A stretch of DNA of 64,000 bases from the human T2T-CHM13v2.0 reference genome, Homo sapiens: NCBI RefSeq assembly GCF_009914755.1, contig NC_060930.1; one strand, given 5' to 3'. The first letter of the stretch is position 1, and each line of letters begins with the position of its first letter. Positions 57,746-64,000 of the stretch are shown here, piece by piece. Under the pieces are notes generated by a model that worked only from the letters and a program-made list of their open reading frames with translations, had not been told where the DNA came from and ran no database searches. Made by a program: the position numbers and the translations under genes.

Positions 57746-59580
57746 CCAGTATGACATTCTGGAGACAGAATTATGGAAACAGTAAAAAAAAAAATCAGTG
57801 ATTGTCAGTGGTTAGCAAGGAAAGGAAGATAAACAAACAGAGTGCAGAAGATTATTAGGGCACTAAAACTGCTCTGTATGATACTACCATGGTGGTTGTG
57901 TTTCATTATACGTTTGTTCAATAGAATGTACAACACCAACAGCGAAAGCTGATGTAAACTATGACTTTGGGTGATGATAATGTGTCAACGTAGGCTCATC
58001 AATTGTAGCAAATGTATCACCCTGATGGGGTGTGCTGATAATGGTGGAGGCTCTGCCTGTGTGGGGGCTATGGACATATATGGGAATGCTGTATGCCTTC
58101 GGCTAAATTTGTTAAATTTTGCTTTGATCCTAAAACTGCTCTAAAAAAATAAAATTTATTTTTTCAAAAAAAGAATAGATCAGGAATACTTAATTGTTAT
58201 CAAAGTGGTAAAATTTAAAGAATGAGCAATACCAAGTGTTGGCAAGGAAGTGTAGTAACCAGACTCAAAAATGTTGGTGGTAAAAAGGTACAACCACTGT
58301 GGAAAAAGATGTGCCCGTATGTAATAAAGCTAAATAGCACATACTCTAGATCAGAAATTTTAGCTACAGATAATTAAGCCTAATAAAAACGTATGTCCAC
58401 AAAAATGCATGTACAGTAAGTTTTTACAACAGCCCAAAACTGGAAACAGGTAATGAGTCATTAATACAAGAATGTATAAAGATGCCATGGTATATCCGTA
58501 CAATAGAATGGTATTTGGTAATAAAAAGGAATAAACTACTGATATATACAACATGGATAAATATCAAAAACATGCTGAACAAATATGCCCTGTACGTCTA
58601 TATTATACGGTTACACTCATTTAAATTTTTTGAACTAGTGGAATGTGTCTAAGGTGAAAACAATATTTTTTAAGTGTTAGCCTTTTGGTGATAGGGGCAG
58701 AGTTTGAGAGCATGGGAGAACTGTTTGGGTGCTACTAATGTTCCAGATATTAGTACAGGTTTGAGTTACTGCATAAATATGTTAAAACCAAGAAGGTACA
58801 CTTTATTTATGCATTTTACTTTACATAAAATTTACCCTAGAAGAAAAATGAGAAGAGCAAGTATACATTAAACTGTGCTTAATGATATATATGCTAAAAT
58901 ATTTATGGTGACATTTACTAATATTTCTAGCTAACTGTGAAATTCATAAAAATAAAATGGATTGAGAAATAAAAATAGACAAAAAGTGACAAACCAATTA
59001 TAGTAAAATGGTAATAGTAGAATAATCAGTGGTTGCATGGGGACTCATTGTAAAATTTCTGCTTTTCTATATGTTTGATAACTTCCATAATACTTGAAAA
59101 ATCAAATTTAAAGAAAACAAAACTCGTGAAAGAATATTTATAGCAACTTTATTCTAATAGTCCCAAATTAGAAACCCCCCAGGAATTCATAAACATATGA
59201 ATACTAAACAATCTGTGATATTTTTCAAAACATATGAATTAATACTAGAAGCAACCACATAGATGAATCTCAAAAACATTACAGCGTAAAAAGGAACCTG
59301 GATACAAAAATGTTTACTGCATGATTCTATTTATAAAAAATTCTAGATCAGGCAAAAATTAATCTATAATGACAAAAAGCAGATTAGTTTTTGCCTGAGA
59401 ATTAAAAGTAGGGGAATTTAGCTACAAAAATATAGGAGAATATTTGGGGGAACAATGTAAATATTCTACATTTTGAGCATAGTAGAGATGTATATATCAG
59501 TCAAAACTCATTGAAATGCACACTTAAAATAGGCAGTTTTATAACTTGTAAATTATACCTCAATAATGCTGATTTGAGAA
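57746..59580 (+). mobile_element. L1MC/ME 3' fragments
   Basis: tatgacattctggagacag; tagaatgtacaacaccaac. Confidence 0.7.
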
Positions 59581-59916
59581 AAAGATCTATATACTTGTGT
59601 TGTTCTGTATAACTTTTCAGAGACTGTGATAAATTATCTCAGTCTTAAAACCCTTTGCTGAGGGCTGTAATATATTTACATTTTCTCAAGTTTCTTATAT
59701 CTAGCTATCTCTTAGAGCTCAAGACATATGCCCAATGTCTTATTTAATGAACTACTTTGCTCCTTCTAATAAAGACTGCTGACTTTTCATCCAGCTGGTG
59801 GAGTATTCACTGCCTCCCCAAATTCTACATCACTCAGATACTTTTTCTCAGATGCAAATGACAGAGACTTAATTGAAAACAGGAAAGACAGTGGCTCCTG
59901 AAATACCAGTAAGTTT

Positions 59917-60915
59917 TTTTCAAATAATTTTTTATTTCCATAGGTTTCTAGAGAACAGGTGTTATTTGGTTACATGAATAAGTTATTTAGCGGTGATTTG
60001 TGAAATTTTGGTGCACCCATCACCTAAGCAGCATACTGCACCATATTTGTAGTCTTTTGTCCCTCACCCCCTTCCTACCCTTCCCCCTGAGTCTCCACTG
60101 TGTCCATCGTGTCATTCTTATGCCTTTACCTCCTTGTGGCTTAGCTTCCACTTACGAGTGAGAAAATACGATGTTTGATTTTCCATTCCTGAGTTACTTC
60201 ACTTAGGATAATAGTCTTCAGGCCCACCCAGGTTGCTGCAAATGCCATTAATTCATTTATTTTTATGGCTGACTAGTATTCCATCATATAAATATACCAC
60301 ATTTTCTTTATCCACTCATTGATTGATGGGCATTTGGGTTGGTTCCACGTTTTTGAAATTGCAAATTGTGTTGCTAGAAACATGCGTATGCAAGTATCTT
60401 TTTAGGAAAATGACTTCTTTTCCTCTGGATAGATACCCAGTAGTGAGATTGCTGGATCAAATGACACCTCTACTTTTAGTTCTTTAAGGAATCTGCACAC
60501 TGTTTTCCATAGTGATTGTACTAGTTTACATTCCCACCAGCAGTGTTGAAGTGTTCCCTTTTCACCTCATCCACACCAACATCTATTATCTTTTCATTTG
60601 TTTTGATTATGGCCATTCTTGTGGAAGTAAGGTGGTATCACATTGTGGTTTTGATTTGCATTTCTCTGATCATTAGTGGTGTTGATCATTTTTTTCATAT
60701 GTTTGTTGTCCATTTTTATATTTAATTAAACTAAAGAGCTTTTGCATGGCCAAAAAGGAACAGTCAACAGAGTAAACAAACAACCCACATAGTGGGAGAA
60801 AATTTTCACAATCTATACATCTGACAAAAGACTAATATCCAGAATCTACAACAAACTCAAACAAATTAGCAAGAAAAAAAAAACTCAACAAAAAGTGGGC
60901 AAAAGACATGAAGAG
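59917..60915 (-). mobile_element. 5'-inverted L1PB with 12-bp TSD accagtaagttt
   Basis: Minus 59917-60718, plus 60719-60915; TSD at 59905-59916 and 60916-60927. Confidence 0.9.
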
Positions 60916-60929
60916 ACCAGTAAGTTTAA

Positions 60930-61400
60930 ATAGCAAAGCTTTGTGAAGAATGGGGATGTGACTGGCAGTTAGGGACAACTAGACCTAAGCAACCAGGTAA
61001 TGTTTCCAGGGCTCTTTCATCCTCTCTCTTCCTTTTTAATTTAATTTAATTTTATGTAGAGAGCATTTGTTTTAATTTTTGTTTTCTGGTTTCAGACATC
61101 ATTTTACATTCCCGACTTTCTCCACTTTTCAAGACACAAAACATGGCCCCTGAATTTATGAAATCCTATGGCTTTGCTAACTGGTGAGAGTTAGTATTAA
61201 TGCTTTTTTTGTGATACTTAATTATATAAGTTCCAAGGGAGGATTTCTTTGGCCTATTTTAGTTCACATAGCCACCTGTGGTGCTATTGACTATGGCCAG
61301 GGAACCAGAGATATGGGTCATGAGATATATAGAGGTTCCAGGGATAGCTTTGAGGATGTCAGGGTTAGACATATGGAAAGAGCATGTTACAAAAAAAGGA
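60930..61400. mobile_element. Old MaLR (MLT1-like) LTR remnant; its other part is at 59830-59904
   Basis: gatgcaaatgacagagac; ttcccaaggga-like motif; gactatggccagggaacc. Confidence 0.45.
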
Positions 61401-62009
61401 AAAATTATGGGAAAACAATCTCATATATACTCATGGAAATAGGCACATTACCATGCATCATGTATTTTAGATTTATTTATCCAAGTTTTAAGACACAACG
61501 GTGGGCCCTTTCATTCATTTTTTTCTTTTTGTCAAAACAATATTTAGTATTTTTCTAAATCAATTTTGAGAAACTGATAGGCATAATAAATAATATTTAA
61601 ATGCATTTTACATAAATATTTTATATAAAATATTTGTAAATAACATTCTGAAATAAGAAAATTTAGACTTTAATCTTACTAGCAAAGAAAAAAATAGTCA
61701 TTTAAGGTAAAATGAAACTAACCAGCTAGGTAAGGGCAAAGTCTGAATGTAAGTAGAAATATTTGAAAAAAAAAGTTCCAGTGAGAACATTAGATAAGAA
61801 ACAATTGGGAGCATTAGAGGCTAGGTTTAGCTCAACAATTGAGTACTAGTTTTTCCATGCTAGTAATCTCTACCAATCAGTTTTATATTCCACAAATTAA
61901 AGAATTTAGAATGGATGACCTCTACCATTTCTACCATTGAGATGCTATGGACTGCCTCTTGCCGCATCATACATTTCTCACACAATTAATGTTAGACAGT
62001 AGAAATTAC

Positions 62010-62251
62010 ATAGGGTTATTTTTGGTAATTCCTACTAATGTACTAAAAAAAGAGAAAAACACAGACCATAAAATCACTAGATATTCTGAGATAAACAGAA
62101 AGACGCTGGAGTTCAAATTTTCAATCTTAAAATAGTGCTTAAAGCCTATATTTCCACAGCTTCTTTTTCTTTTACTCCTCCATACTCCCTCAGTCATTGC
62201 TCTGAGTGCTAGAAGTATGGAAGAGTATTTTGAAGAATAATTTTCACAAAC
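62010..62251 (-). pseudogene. FN3-like pseudo-exon, frame open end to end
   Basis: Acceptor tttttttag|, donor AT|gtaatt; VCENYSSKYSSILLALRA...KHYFKIENLNSSVFLFISEYLVILWSV...GITKNNP. Confidence 0.55.
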
Positions 62252-62885
62252 CTAAAAAAAAATAATAAAATCCCTTATCAGTAGACATTTTTTAAAATTA
62301 GGAAGCAATATTTCTGTCATTTCTTCAATTACTTAGATTAAATGACTGGCATATTAATTAGTTTCTATATACTCATTCTTTTTGTAAGCAGTAAATATGA
62401 GAAAAGTATTTTTTGGTAACTATAATAGTTATTTGAGAGTGTCAAAAGATTGTGCTAAAAATGTGGTAATGCTACAATTTTAAACATTGTCCCTTCAGAA
62501 AAAAAATTGTTAAGGATAGATACATATATATAAAATTGACAGGTATATATATATATATATATATAACTGACACATATATATATATATGTGTGTATACCTG
62601 TCAATTTTAGATTTTTATTTAACTCCTCAAGGCATCCCCATGAAAACACCAATAATTCAAATAAATTTAAAATTAAGGTACTTTTAGCAGCAATGTGCTA
62701 TTTGTTATACTGCGTATTGTTGTTCTTTCTGGAATGTGGTAAACTGTAGTAAATATATTTTAACTACATATAAACCAAATATTTTAGGATATCTGAGGAA
62801 GTTACTTATTTTCTAAACATATGTATAAATTCAAAATATTTTTCAATTCTTATTCTAAAACTGAAAATTTCATAGTTTCAAATAA

Positions 62886-63186
<301 letters not shown>

Positions 63187-63219
63187 ATAAAGCTTTCAAT
63201 TGTATTTTTAAAACACATT

Positions 63220-63765
63220 GAAGTTTAACATTTTAGAACTGGAAATTCTCCATCACCCAGAATTGGCTTTTGTCCTTCAGACACAATTTTTAACTAATCA
63301 TTTCAAAATAAATCTCTTCAGGTTATGCATCTTTATAGAGAATAATTTTTTAAATGATCAGTATTCAAAATACTGGTGGTTGAACTTTAATAGATTAGTA
63401 GATATTAGTTTTCAATATGCCTGCTCCAGAATTTCTCCAATATACTATAGCATTTTGAAGGTTAATAGGTTAGCAACGTTTGTCCATGTACAAGTCCTTA
63501 GTAAGAAACATATTCAGGAAGACATAACAGCCTTCAAATGAATAACTAAAAGCAGTGTTTCTAACCTGTTCCATTACTGTTTTGGGGGGCAGATTCCTCT
63601 TACTGCTTTAAGTCAATAAGTTTGCCCTCAGCTAATAATGACTCATTTTCTCATAGTTGGAGGGAACCCTTTTGAATTTTAGGTCAAACTTCCTAAACAG
63701 CATCTTCCAATGTTTATGGGTGGTACTTTCAACATTTAAATGTTCCTTTTTCACAGAAAGTACTA
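63220..63765 (-). pseudogene. Pseudo-exon with two consecutive FN3-like units
   Basis: Acceptor gtcttttctacgtag|; one frame HLNVESTTHKHWK...RNLPPKTVMEQVRNTAFSYSFEGCYVFLNMFLTK...PINLQNAIVYWRNSGAGILKTNIY*SIKVQPP; later SIKMHNLKRF. Confidence 0.6.
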
Positions 63766-64000
63766 CTACGTAGAAAAGACAAATTATAACAAAATTAATG
63801 TAAAGAATTAGATGCTTGAATCAGTGTTCTACAAGGCAGAAATTTAGCATGTAATTACCTAGTGATTAAGCTTTAACATTGTAATCAGTGAAATTCCATG
63901 ACTCTTTCATCTCCTAACAATTATTTGTTTGCATGGCAATTTACATAGTTCAGTTGTGAAACTGTTTATTTTGTCTTAGTAACTATATACCTGGACAGAA

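Noticed and set aside
63218-63541. 107-aa plus-strand ORF
   Set aside because: No recognisable motif; antisense to the FN3-like minus-strand exon

Overview
Primate (human/great-ape-like) AT-rich genomic DNA, more than half interspersed repeats: Alu, L1PA/PB/M, MIR/L2, ERV LTRs, and Tigger/MER DNA transposons. No intact protein-coding gene, RNA gene or CRISPR array is visible. Nearly all long ORFs in the track are L1/Alu-derived. The main signal lies in the non-repeat gaps on the minus strand. There I read about 25 degenerate exon-like segments across the whole window, many with a polypyrimidine-AG acceptor and/or a GT donor. They translate, with scattered stops and frameshifts, into tandem fibronectin type III (FN3)-like domains plus one MAM-like domain near 25 kb. 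This looks like the fossil (unitary-type pseudogene) of a very large multi-FN3/MAM extracellular or receptor gene extending beyond both window edges; I cannot name it. Several exons are split by transposons of different ages, and the FN3 pattern rejoins when the insertion is removed. Secondary signals are two inverted L1PB copies sharing the same twin-priming junction, other 5'-inverted L1s, a young L1PA2 with TSD, and several template-switch micro-rearrangements. Domain and repeat-subfamily calls are by eye and need HMM/RepeatMasker confirmation.
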